Of a DNA stretch of 64,000 nucleotides, positions 1 through 10,144 are shown piece by piece. The translations under genes were made by a program, and so were the position numbers. The notes beneath the pieces are model-generated. The model was not told the origin of the DNA and ran no database searches. It was given only the letters and a program-made list of their open reading frames with translations. The stretch's first letter is position 1, and every line of letters begins with the position of its first letter. Where the stretch lies: contig NW_027191484.1 in assembly GCF_011745625.1 (NCBI RefSeq), positions 186,001 through 250,000 on the forward strand, read 5' to 3'. Origin of the DNA: Cladosporium halotolerans. Lineage: Eukaryota.

Positions 1-262
1 ATATTCTCTGCGCCAGTATACGTTGCAAAGGGGCTTGACGACAACGAAGTATACCATGTTAACGGTGGTGTTGGACCTCGTATTCTAGCTGCTCACGCTT
101 CTCACGCTGTACTAATACACGGCTGCTCAACAAACATTTTTCAGCCCCTCGATCAGTGAGGTGAGATCTTCGCTTGACTCTCTTTGACTGGATCATGCAA
201 ATGACGCGGCGGCTTCCTAGAAGCAAGGATCACCCGTGGCTCCTTGTGAATTTGTTCGCTCC

Positions 263-903
263 TTAAGTTGCAGCTCCTGCAATGACAAGAATTTTGACAA
301 TGTCTTCCCAGCCTCTCATTTGCGCGACATTCAGCGCGCTCCTATAATCCCCTCTCAAACTGACATCTGCTCCATAGCTGAGCAACACTTGGATAGAGAA
401 CATGCGCGTTGCAGAGTGGCTTAGAACAATTGAAGCCCCAAACCATCGTTCTTGATGAGAATCCCACATTCCGAGGAAGAGAAGGCTTCGGAGTCCTGGA
501 AAGATGTCTTGGATGACACGCTCGCCTCTTTTCCTCGAACGTAGCTTCTTTGCTGCGCGCTTACTCGACGGCGTTGTGGTTTGCTCGGATCCGGATCCTG
601 CTGACTCCCCTGCACTAGTGGATGACAAGGAGTCATTATCAACCAACTCGTCTTCGTCAGAGGCTTTACCATCGCTATTGAAATGCCACACTTGCCATCG
701 GGATAGCGGCGTCGTAGACTTCTGAGAACCTTCTCTGAGAATTCTGCTTCTTGCATCGCCTCGCGAACTCGGGCTTCGATGTCGGTAGAATATGCTGAGC
801 CTAAGACAACGCTGTGCTTCGGTGGCTCTGTAAACTTGATTTCCGGAGCTGATCTTTTCTCCTGGCGAGACACTCGTTGTGGATGGGTGCCAGCGTCAGA
901 CAT
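263..903 (-). pseudogene. Degenerate ankyrin-repeat gene (frameshifted)
   Basis: Two overlapping minus-strand ORFs (421-903 and 263-691). The end of the second (VLLSYGADVSLRGDYRSALNVAQMRGWEDIVKILVIAGA) aligns by eye with the last ankyrin repeats of the 988-1551 protein. I found no clean intron joining the frames. Confidence 0.5.
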
Positions 904-987
904 TTGGGAGGTATCTGCATCTGTCTCCGTTCATGTCTGTGAAAGTCCTTGCGTGCCGTTGATAGGGTGAGCCAGGGGAACTATTGT

Positions 988-1551
988 TCATTTTCGGGGA
1001 GCCTTATCTCTCACGCCTCCTAGGATCTTTGGAAACATTGTGTCCAGCTTGGCTCCAGCCTCGATAAGGATGGCCACGATTTCTTTTCTGTTCCTCATAG
1101 AGGCAGCCTGCAGCGCACCTCCGTAAGCACCTTCAGTCAATGTTACATCTGCTCCGAAGTCTAGTAGCAACTGCACGATCTCTTGCCAGCCAGCGAATGC
1201 GGCAGCTTGTAACGCACTGTGGTAGTACCCGCCTACGACGTTTGCATTGGCCCCGTATAGCAGCAGCATCTTCGCAACCGCTGCATGGCCACGGAGACAT
1301 GCTGCTTGTAGAGCGCAGCCGTAAGGACCACATCTTGCGTCCATATCCGCCCCAAAAGATAGCAGCAACGCAACCGTCTCATTGTTGCCGCAGTAGCACG
1401 CGGCTTGCAGCGCTGTCCTGAAATGGCCTCCTCTTTCATTGGGATCGGCTCCCTCCCGAATCAACGCTTGCGCCGACTTCTCATCGCCTTCGTAGCAGGC
1501 AAACTGAAGCTTGTTGCCAAAGTATTGCTCTGCAAAATCCAAATTTCTCAT
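988..1551 (-). CDS. Stand-alone ankyrin-repeat protein (187 aa, ~5 repeats of the GGxYGxALQAA type)
   Basis: 33-aa periodicity: TALQAACYCG..LLLSFGAD, CALQAACLRG..LLLYGAN, SALQAAAFAG..LLLDFGAD, GALQAASMRN..LIEAGA. Confidence 0.9.
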   Translation of the reverse strand: MRNLDFAEQYFGNKLQFACYEGDEKSAQALIREGADPNERGGHFRTALQAACYCGNNETVALLLSFGADMDARCGPYGCALQAACLRGHAAVAKMLLLYGANANVVGGYYHSALQAAAFAGWQEIVQLLLDFGADVTLTEGAYGGALQAASMRNRKEIVAILIEAGAKLDTMFPKILGGVRDKAPRK

Positions 1552-2240
1552 GGCCTTTAGTGCCGTTCATAAAGGATTTCGTGGTATCGTGACAGCGGAG
1601 CGGGGATGTCTCGTCTGACCACTACGGCTTTGCAAGAGGCTGGTCCTGGTAGCGAGCGTGTTGTACAGTCGATGAAGGCAGATTCCTCAAGGCTACATGC
1701 CAAATTGGACATAATGGTCTTACTGTGGCTCGATCAGTCAAACCAAACTTTTGGCTTGGCCATTTGGACAGCCACGGTATACTTACTTAACGAAAACCCG
1801 CAATGCTGACCTAGGCTTGCAAGCAGGAAGAGTACAGGTGTGGCTCGGTCTGCCTTGCGCGCTGCTGGGGTCAGCCTCTTTGCCCTCGCTCGACAGCTTT
1901 GACGGGCGGCGGATCTTGACTTTCAGGGATTCCACTACCAGGTCAGTTGCTGACACCAGTCGCACTAAGTTACCTCTTGTTGCACGCCAAGGCATGTGAG
2001 GCCTGATGGCCTCAGGGTCCCGAGTAATATCCGATGAACTACGAAACAGCGCGGTCGCGGAGCCCAACCCGAATCTAATACAACGATTATCTATATACAG
2101 TAGGCAATGGCCTTGCAATGCGCCATGGTCCATGCGGCATCGTTCGATCGGGCCCAAGACGTGCCACAAGGCTATAACGTTACAGGAACTAGTGTTGTAT
2201 GATGAGATAGGCTTCCAGGGTTGCGGCGCCAACACAGGTA

Positions 2241-2283
2241 ACGTCCATCCACCCGTGCCGGGAATCCACCTGTGCCGGGACAC
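2241..2283 (+). repeat. Left terminal inverted repeat
   Basis: ACGTCCATCCACCCGTGCCGGGAATCCACCTGTGCCGGGACAC contains two tandem ATCCACCyGTGCCGGGA units, the usual Fot1-family TIR layout. Confidence 0.9.
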
Positions 2284-3225
2284 TTCTCCTGATCTTCGCT
2301 CTATATCCGTTATCCACACCACATCTCATTGATAACCCATCTCTTGCTATTCTTCTGCCATTTGCCTGTAGGCCTGACCGTGTGTAGAAGCACCGATTGC
2401 GTAGACAACCGTTCCATCATCCAAATCGTCGCTGTCGTCGTTCGACGCTTGTGTATCCGAGCTCGCGCAGAAGCGATACGTAGTTCGAAAAGGGTTGAAA
2501 GCTGGTACGCTAGATAAGCTGCGGTCAGAAGAACTTTATAGATTGAGACACTCTCCGCTAGGGCCCATTATCGAAGGTTACGGCACGTAGATAATCGCCA
2601 GGCTGGTATCTCTGCAGGATTCGCCTCCAGGCCCGCTAAAAAGGGCCCGAAGCGAAGCGCTCCGATGTCGCGAAGTTTACCCTCTGTGATTCGCTCGCTT
2701 AGCATGGCATGGAAGGGCAGATCCGTCGTTCGCCCGTCCGGAGCTTTGCCGCGTCTCAGCGGTTTCGATATGGCATTTGGCGTTGAGCGTTCTGCAGGAG
2801 GCGAAGGAGCCTCGTGAAATTTACAAGCAAGATCACCTTCCAGAAGCCCTGCACTTTTTAGCAATGTCTTATTCGCCGTCGCCCCAGCTACACCTTATTC
2901 TATCTACCTACTGCCCATGCAAGTGCTCCGCTATAGCTTAGGTGATGGCGAATCGAGACGGTCTAGCTTTGACGAAGTCTTCTTGCCAGCACACGATATC
3001 AAAATCGTTTCGTCCTATCGCAAACCACTCGCCCACCCTCGAACAACCCTACATGCTCATGCCAACGGCGCCGTTGATTCATCTAAAGCCCAGAGCCGGA
3101 GATAATTAAGGCAATTCCGAGGATCAGGCTATGATTGCAACCTATACTTCTGTGCACATGGTTTCTGTCCAGATCACGTGACGACGGAAATACTGGCGAA
3201 CGTGTTGCGATAAAATACCTCTCTC
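2241..3225 (+). pseudogene. Decayed inverted copy of the transposon 5' end (subterminal region plus transposase N-terminus)
   Basis: Aligns with the reverse complement of ~6890-7865. Peptide relics HPRTTLHAHANGAVDSSKAQS and GERVAIKYLS match transposase VPVSTLHARARGRRSIEAKAQG and GTPVRNKFIP, with stops and frameshifts. Confidence 0.8.
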
Positions 3226-3440
3226 ATGAGCGGACAAGCAATAAATGTGTTCCGTTCTGGTATAGCCACTGGCAATTTCAGTGTCTTCTTGCGCTGCCTT
3301 ATGCTATAGACTACCCACGTCTCCGTCAGATCTCATGCCGCATATCCACCAAGCAACGCGTGCCCTGATATTGAGCGAGCTCACTTGAATATATCGTTTC
3401 TTCTTCTGTTGCTTCGAGCCGGCGTGGGTGCGTGTTCCCG

Positions 3441-4306
3441 TCAATCCTGAAGGGAGAGAACGGCGTTGAAGTCAACAATCGTCGGATGGACTTCTTCGCT
3501 GAGTTTTGGAGTATCGATGCATGGCTGTGTTGAAAGACCGTGCTTCGAGAAAGGCCCTAGGGCAAGCACTGCCTTCATTGTTCTCAATGATTCGTTGATG
3601 TCTCTGGGGCTGTCCCTGAGGCAGCGGAGAATGTCCGGAGCATTCCCCTCAGGACAACAACGTAACAATTGCAGCAGTTCCAAAAATTTGTCGCGTTCTT
3701 GCTGGAGCACATTCGTCCTACGACGTAAAGCGCTCCACCGGGTTTCCCCCTCTTCCGTGGAATATTGACAATCAACATCTCGCTTTTGGCAATTGGAGCA
3801 TGACGGGCTGTGAAAAAAGTCAGAAGCTGAAAACACGCGCTCTTTGCGATTGGTGGAGGATCTATCACCGTGAGCCGTTACACTGCAACACCGATTAGCT
3901 GAGATTGAGAAGGATCAAAACACTGCCCAAGACATTACCTTTGCTTTCCTCGCCCTACAATTGAAGCATGCAGCTTGAATCAATGTACGTTTGCAACTGT
4001 GGTCGTTCTGAGGTCGCTGGTCAATATCGGCTGGCGGTGTCGAAGGGCGAATGTCGCTGTCATGAGGAGACACTTTCCGGTGTGTAGGCGTAGGCGTGGC
4101 ATGCTTACTGGAATGACGTTAATCTCAGTGTGACGAGCGATAGGCGATCGGTTCTGAGATTTCAAGCCTTACATAACACAGTGAAAGTGCCTGGTGCATT
4201 TGTTGGAGGAACAGCGATGCGGCCGCGAGATTTTTGATACACCATTCCCTTGCGAACGGCTTCTGTCACAGTATCGTGAGGCCTGCGGCTCTGGAGCTGT
4301 TTGCAT
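3441..4306 (-). CDS. Short Zn(II)2Cys6 protein (C6 cluster plus coiled coil only, ~227 aa)
   Basis: Spliced model: exons 4306-4173, 4107-3939, 3882-3869 (14-nt microexon) and 3807-3441, all with GT-AG introns. It gives CFNCRARKAKCNGSRPSCSNCQKRDVDC followed by EGETRWSALRRR. The 5'-most exon is the least certain. Confidence 0.75.
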
Positions 4307-5398
4307 GTGGTGGCAACTATAAAAGATTGTCAATGCTTAGCAGATCCCATGTGCTCGAGGCACTCACATACCTTTTGCGATTTGTAACAGCTGATGAACC
4401 CATAAACTCCTCAATGCTATGCCTGTAGGTAATAAAATCTTCTGCGCGAGACATCGGCAATCTCATGATAAGAGGTTAGGACGGAGTTCGTGGAGGGGCG
4501 TAAGTTGTCTTCGTGCATATGCAGCTCGAGGTAATTTTAGTACCTCGACAAGGGAGGTAAAAGGCCTTCCTCTGAAAGAGGTGATGCGTCGTTACGTAGC
4601 CGTTCATTCACGATCACAGCACTTCTCGACGCTTAAGCGCCTTTTGCGGGAATCGCCAAATCCGACCATCAATATCACTAAGATCTAATTGGACGGCGAA
4701 ATGTCATGACATGCATCCGTCGTCAGGGTCATGGCACATTCGGGCTCACCTCCGGCCCTCGGGATTGCAGTAAGCGTTTGAGGCTTTCCCGCTGTCCGGC
4801 TGGACGGCGAGGTTAGACCGGATTGAGCTCTACGGATAAATCACATCGCCTATGTGGTACAGGACTTACATTTGCTGGTATTGTGTCTAATGTACTGCTC
4901 CAAAACTCTGGAGACATTTGAAGCAAACAGCAATGGTTCCGCGGCTTCCTCCTCGTACGCGGCGACCGCGTACCGTAGAATCAAATCGGCAAGTTGATTG
5001 GCCCTTCAAGCCGACGACGGCAATATCTGAGGCGCGTGCTGCCCTCGAAACCATTTGATGGTTCGCACAGAAGCAAGAATCCGGCTAATTCGATGAATAT
5101 AATGAAGTTGCAACATTGCTTGATGCAAGTTTGTGCATGAGACACACTTAACAAAGTCATTCCAGCTTACTAAGTTATACATGCTTTCAGAAAGCGCTCT
5201 TGGTTCTTCGATAGTGGTTGCGAGTTCTCTATTTCGCGGGTGAATTTCGAAGTCGAAGAAATGAGGTCGTCTGGCTTTGCTATCTCTGCCGAATGTAGGC
5301 CTGACAGAGAACCACGGAACAGCGTTCGTGATCAGGTAATTCCAGCGACACGCAGGCTGCCATTGAGGCGCAAAGGCTAGGTTGTACCATGAGATCAC

Positions 5399-7141
5399 TC
5401 ACCACATACGCGCGACCGGCGCCGCACCAGGACACGGAGGAATAGGCGCTGCTGTGTGCTGTGCTTGAGCCATCAAGAGCGTGTCATCGGCCGATCCCGC
5501 AGCAGCTATAAGCGGCGACTGGAGCATCGCATCCAGAACGGCTTCCTCTTCACCTTTGCGCCTCCGTCGCTGCTTCTTCGCAGCTCTCCTGGCATCTTTC
5601 TCAGCTCGCTTCGCTCTCGCCTCAAAAAGATCCTCGTAACTCATCACTTTCGCTTTGCCAAGGACCAGCGACTTCGTTGCACGGCGGACTTTGGCTTCGT
5701 CATTTGTCTTGAGCAGGGATTTTATACGTTCTTGTTGAAGAACGCCTCTAGCAATGGACGTTTGAGCTCCTTTAGTGAGCTTCTGAAGGTGTCGCTGAAT
5801 GCTCTGCTTTCCTGTATCCTCCAGCGTGTGTGCATCCCTCTCCAGAATGAAGTCACGCAGCGCTAGGAAAGCCTCTGCCGTCACTGGCGTTACGGGTGTG
5901 ATGGGCGCTGCAGGGTTTATGAGCGTTTCATCTTGACAAGGCCTAGAACTTGACGTCGGTTCCCCACCGGCTTCCGGGGCCGTCAATTCGGCCAGAGGCT
6001 TCACCAAGTCCTTCAGCACTCGTTCTGGGTTCAGCGGGTACAGCCCGCCTTTGCTCCAGCCTGCGAGGATATTCTTCTTTGTAAACGCTTTCTTTCTTGC
6101 AGAGCTGTACAGGTATGTAAAGTGTTGCTTCCCAATGGCGTTAACACCGCCCCGTTCCAGGCGCTCAACGGCATCGCGATACGCTGCTTTCAAGGGGGCG
6201 AAGACAGCAATGTCACACGGCTGCAACTTATGAGATGTGTGGGAAGGTAGCCGGCATAGACGGATGTCACTGGCGAAGCAGTGCTCTAGGATCTCGAGCG
6301 TCTCGTGCGTGCCGAAACCATCACAGATCAGCAACCGTTTCTTACCCGTTGCTCGTTCCTTGGTCTGCGGGTCGAACACTTTTTTAAGCCACTCGAGGCT
6401 TATTTTGGAGTCAGTGTAGCCAGACTTGGAACACGCATAATGCCATCCTGGTGTGGGGTGCGTCGTCCAGTTGCTTCTATGGGTGGCCGCGGGCCAAATG
6501 ACCATAGGGTTTAGAAATCTACCATCCGCACTGATGCACTCGATCGCAGTGACCATCGTTCGCTCTACTCGTGCACCTCGATAATCCCGTTGGTCATCCT
6601 TTCCTACGAGCACATTAACAGAGCCGAGCATAGAGAGCATGACTCCGGTCTCGTCCATGTTGTACACATTCTCTGCAACGATTGCGTCGTCACCCAGTAC
6701 TTTACTAATCACGTCAAACCAGTGTTCTACCTTCGGGTATATGTTCTTGTCATGGCGCTTCCAATTTAGTGGTTTCGCTCGTCTGGTTTGTAGCTCTGGA
6801 TGCCTTCTCTCGAAAGCTTTGGTCCAATTCTTGTTTGGTGCTTGGGCTGGTCTGTCCACTTCCAGTCTATGGCGGGTGACACTGAAAGCTATTGATGGTA
6901 TGAACTTGTTCCGTACAGGGGTTCCCAGGTCGGACATCTCCAGGATAAACTCGATCACGGCCTTCTCCTCGAACGGCGTGAGGTATTGCTGGCCCTGGGC
7001 TTTTGCTTCGATGGATCTGCGGCCACGCGCACGAGCGTGGAGGGTAGAAACTGGAACATCCCGGTGATCTGCTATAGCACGCAACGATCTTGGTACGCCT
7101 GCGGAAACACCTTGCGCCAAAGCCAGGCTGGCTCTGTCCAT
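5399..7141 (-). CDS. Fot1/pogo-family transposase (CENP-B-type HTH plus DDE_1), 580 aa, intact
   Basis: Motifs NVYNMDETG, LICDGFGTH and LQPCD..VFAPLK; 35 residues separate the second and third Asp (DD35D). Confidence 0.95.
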   Translation of the reverse strand: MDRASLALAQGVSAGVPRSLRAIADHRDVPVSTLHARARGRRSIEAKAQGQQYLTPFEEKAVIEFILEMSDLGTPVRNKFIPSIAFSVTRHRLEVDRPAQAPNKNWTKAFERRHPELQTRRAKPLNWKRHDKNIYPKVEHWFDVISKVLGDDAIVAENVYNMDETGVMLSMLGSVNVLVGKDDQRDYRGARVERTMVTAIECISADGRFLNPMVIWPAATHRSNWTTHPTPGWHYACSKSGYTDSKISLEWLKKVFDPQTKERATGKKRLLICDGFGTHETLEILEHCFASDIRLCRLPSHTSHKLQPCDIAVFAPLKAAYRDAVERLERGGVNAIGKQHFTYLYSSARKKAFTKKNILAGWSKGGLYPLNPERVLKDLVKPLAELTAPEAGGEPTSSSRPCQDETLINPAAPITPVTPVTAEAFLALRDFILERDAHTLEDTGKQSIQRHLQKLTKGAQTSIARGVLQQERIKSLLKTNDEAKVRRATKSLVLGKAKVMSYEDLFEARAKRAEKDARRAAKKQRRRRKGEEEAVLDAMLQSPLIAAAGSADDTLLMAQAQHTAAPIPPCPGAAPVARMW

Positions 7142-7822
7142 CCTCGCGATGTGGCCGCGCCGTCGAGGTACAGTGGTACACTAGTAGAACCGGTGGGGAG
7201 CTCGGAGGAGGACCGGCTGGGGAAGCGGCCGACCCTGTCAAATGCCAAGCATTGCAAGGCTCTGGCGCACGATCTTCCATGCACTTCCATGTGAGCTTGC
7301 TTCACCTCCTGCGGAACACTGACCCCCGTTTCGATATCAAAACCTCCGAGACAGGTTTTCCCTCCAGACGGGCGGACGGTAAGCCCGCGTTGCCGCACGG
7401 TTCTACCCGAGCAAATCGCGAAGAGCGAAAGCCGCGACACCGGAGCGCATTCGCGCCTAGCCCCAGTCAGCGGGCCTGCAGGCTGATCCTGGAGAAAGAC
7501 CAGCCTGGCGCTTATCCCAAGCCACAGCCCTTCATCAACGGTCCCTGGCGGGAAGCGTTCGGATCTACAACCTTCTTCTGACCGTAGCGCATTCAGCGTA
7601 TCTGCTTTTAACTTCGCCCGGACTACGTGTCGCCTTTCCGCAAGCTCAAAAGCCGAAGCGTCAAACGATAACGGCGACGATTTGGTCGATGGAACAACTA
7701 TCCACGCGATCGGTGCTCCGACACATGGTCAGGCCGATTGGTCAATGACAGAAGAATAGTAAGAGATGGCCTATCTACAAACATTGATGTGGACAATGGA
7801 TACAGGGCGAAGATTAGAAAAG

Positions 7823-7865
7823 GTGTCCCGGCACAGGTGGATTCCCGGCACAGGTGGATGGACGT
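7823..7865 (-). repeat. Right terminal inverted repeat
   Basis: GTGTCCCGGCACAGGTGGATTCCCGGCACAGGTGGATGGACGT followed by TA; reverse complement of 2241-2283 with one mismatch. Confidence 0.9.
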
Positions 7866-8900
7866 TAACGTTACCTTACGTTCTTCAGTCTCTGCGTCTG
7901 CTCAAAGCAGGGCGTGCGGAAAGATCTTCCGTAACGTTGAACGAATGCGGCCAGGGCGGAAAAAGTAGGTGAATTCTGCATCTTCTTACTAGCACTATCC
8001 TCTTCCACCAATGATTGCAGGCGGTTTGTCTCTCATAAGACTGATGGTACTGAGAACTAATTCGGTCGTTATTCTTCTGCACTTCCTTTGCAAGCCGTCG
8101 ATGGAATCAAGCCATTTGACACAATAGCAAGCGCTAGTCTAGATCCTGCTATCATGTATCTACAAGGACGGGAGAACAGAGCATTAGTGTCTGCCCTTTA
8201 ATATGCTTTGCCCTACCCACAGATTTGGGTATTAGCCGAAGTACCGCATCCATAAGCATAGTGGCAAGACCAAGACAACAGCAATCAGTTGCGAAAGAAA
8301 CCACAAATCCCAGATCTGCAAGCAGTCTGCAACACGACAACATCTTCCACAGGCCGAGCACAGTACTCTTAGGTGCTCTTTCCGGCGGTCGGTTGCGCAT
8401 TCCCTACACACGTGTAGAGCTGGCAAACGCGAGCGTTTGGGGGGTGGGACGGCAAGTGGCCTTCCCTACGCAAACCTGCACGATGAGCAACGGCTCATAT
8501 AATGAGTGCGACGTTGGACTTGCACGCTGATATGCCAGATCGCAATTAAGGTTGATGTGAAGAAGCATGTTGTTGCATTCCAGCCTCTCTATGTGCTCTT
8601 ACAGGAAGGGAATCATGGCCTTTTCCAGTTTGCATAGATGGTAGAATGTGATCTTCAACTTGCGCGTTTTCACGCAGGGAAACTTCAAACAGGCCACGTG
8701 ACCCGGGTATTCTTTGAAGTTCTTGACCCAGGATGAGCTCTCATCGACTTAGTGGTGCTAGCAGAAAGACGAACGCCAATACACTGGAACACTTCTACCT
8801 AACTTGTAATACTGGCAAAGCCACTTGCCACTTTTGAAGTTTCTGGATTCAAGCTCAGGGACGAAAGACAGAAATCCAAAACCGTGATCCGCGAATACCC

Positions 8901-9126
8901 AGCGTATTCCCGGAACCAGGAATCAGGCGGCGCGACTCGGGATGCAGGCTCATGTGCTGCAGATGTTGCCGATCGTGCGGGAACGCTCGACTTTCCTTGG
9001 CACGGGCGGGTGACAGACAACCTTGTACTCATCATGCTCTTGGAATCTAGGATCACACCGGCACGTAATTAACAATGTTGCCGGGTAGCGCCGAGCCCGT
9101 CCAAGGTCGGTGAGAACCGTGTACTC
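8901..9126 (+). repeat. Non-coding direct repeat, copy A (~220 bp)
   Basis: Shares ordered blocks GGAACCAGGAATCAG, GGCACGGGCGGGTGACA, TGGAATCT, AATGTTGCCGGG and GGTCGGTGAGAAyCGTGTACTC with 14201-14419. Confidence 0.9.
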
Positions 9127-9634
9127 AAATCCCCCATTTTCACCGTCGTTTGTAGATACAGGATCCCGGCGTGTTGTCGTTGGAACTGCACTTGTCAGGC
9201 TCAGGTCAAGTCAGGATTCATGTGGTACTGCTAACAAAAGGCACCAAACGAATGGCAGACTATCAAATACTTTCCCAACCCTTTCACACGATTGCGGCTA
9301 GGAAAGTACTATTTCTATCAACGAACAATGGGTTCGTGATTCCAGGTTAAAGATCCTGTAAATACACTTGTAGTGCAAAGTCACCCCACCAGAATGGAAC
9401 GTAAAATCACGATCACACGAACCAGAACGTGTGTTGGAGGTGGGGTCAACAGCATCCGGTCGGCTTGCCTCTTATCATCTCCAATTCCTGTTTCCTGATT
9501 TTCACTTGCTCGTTCCTGACTTGCCCCTTCTTGGGGACTCCCGATCCTGGCTCGATAACGTTTCTGTGATTTGTTGGGACCTACAGGTTGGCAGCAAGGT
9601 TTGTAGCAAGCTCACGCGCTGACAGTTGGCGCAA

Positions 9635-9658
9635 ATCCTGGATTGCAGAATCCAGGAT
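9635..9658. promoter_or_regulatory. Perfect palindrome ATCCTGGATT-gcag-AATCCAGGAT upstream of the Zn2Cys6 gene
   Basis: 10-bp arms with a 4-bp spacer, read directly. Function is inferred from position only. Confidence 0.4.
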
Positions 9659-10144
9659 CCGGAAGTAGAGATCAAGGCTGAGGCCGAGACGCGCCATTCC
9701 CGCGATCTGACTGGAGCTGTAGCGGGAAGGACGGCGAATCTGCCGCTACACTTTCCTTGACCCGTTACCACTGCCAAGCCCAGGGCGTCTAGGCTGGGGT
9801 GAGTACAGACAGACGCAACTAAAGCGGTTAGCTATCGAGGTTCAATTAAATGGTATCGCGAAATGGTGATCAAAAATATTGTGCAGTACCTCGCAGTTGC
9901 CGCTCAGACTATAGTCACCCGTGACTGTAACATACTTTGTGTATGCATGCATGGCGCTGCACAGGGCTGTAGGCACGAGGTCCCTCGGAGCTGGCCTCGC
10001 TGGCCTATGAACGTTTTCGTCGGGTTATCCTCCGAGCCGGCTTCCACGACTCCAATTCCCATGCGTACGCTGCCGACAACACCATCATACATACTAGGAC
10101 AGCATTCACAGCGATCAGGTCCACTTCAATCACCGGCCGCCCCG

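Larger units (their letters stand above)
2239..7867. mobile_element. Composite Tc1/mariner-pogo (Fot1-type) DNA transposon: TA-[TIR ... cargo ... transposase ... TIR]-TA
   Basis: TA at 2239-2240 and 7866-7867 flank 43-bp inverted termini that start with ACGT (42/43 identical). Intact DD35D transposase inside. No other TIR copy seen near the transposase 3' end. Confidence 0.7.

Noticed and set aside
2247..2280. Tandem ATCCACCyGTGCCGGGA units as a CRISPR-like or satellite repeat
   Set aside because: Only two adjacent units with no spacers; they are the internal repeats of the transposon TIR.
4400..5398. Expected 3' TIR of the transposase, and ORF 5006-5398
   Set aside because: No ACGTCCATCC or GTGCCGGGA match found by eye. 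The ORF has no recognisable motif.
8232..8750. Minus-strand frame open for ~170 codons apart from one TAA, Cys-rich
   Set aside because: No family motif recognised; possibly a relic but unsupported without a search.
9863..10144. N-terminal extension of the Zn2Cys6 ORF as called
   Set aside because: Reads like 5' leader sequence; a downstream ATG is more plausible, though not proven.
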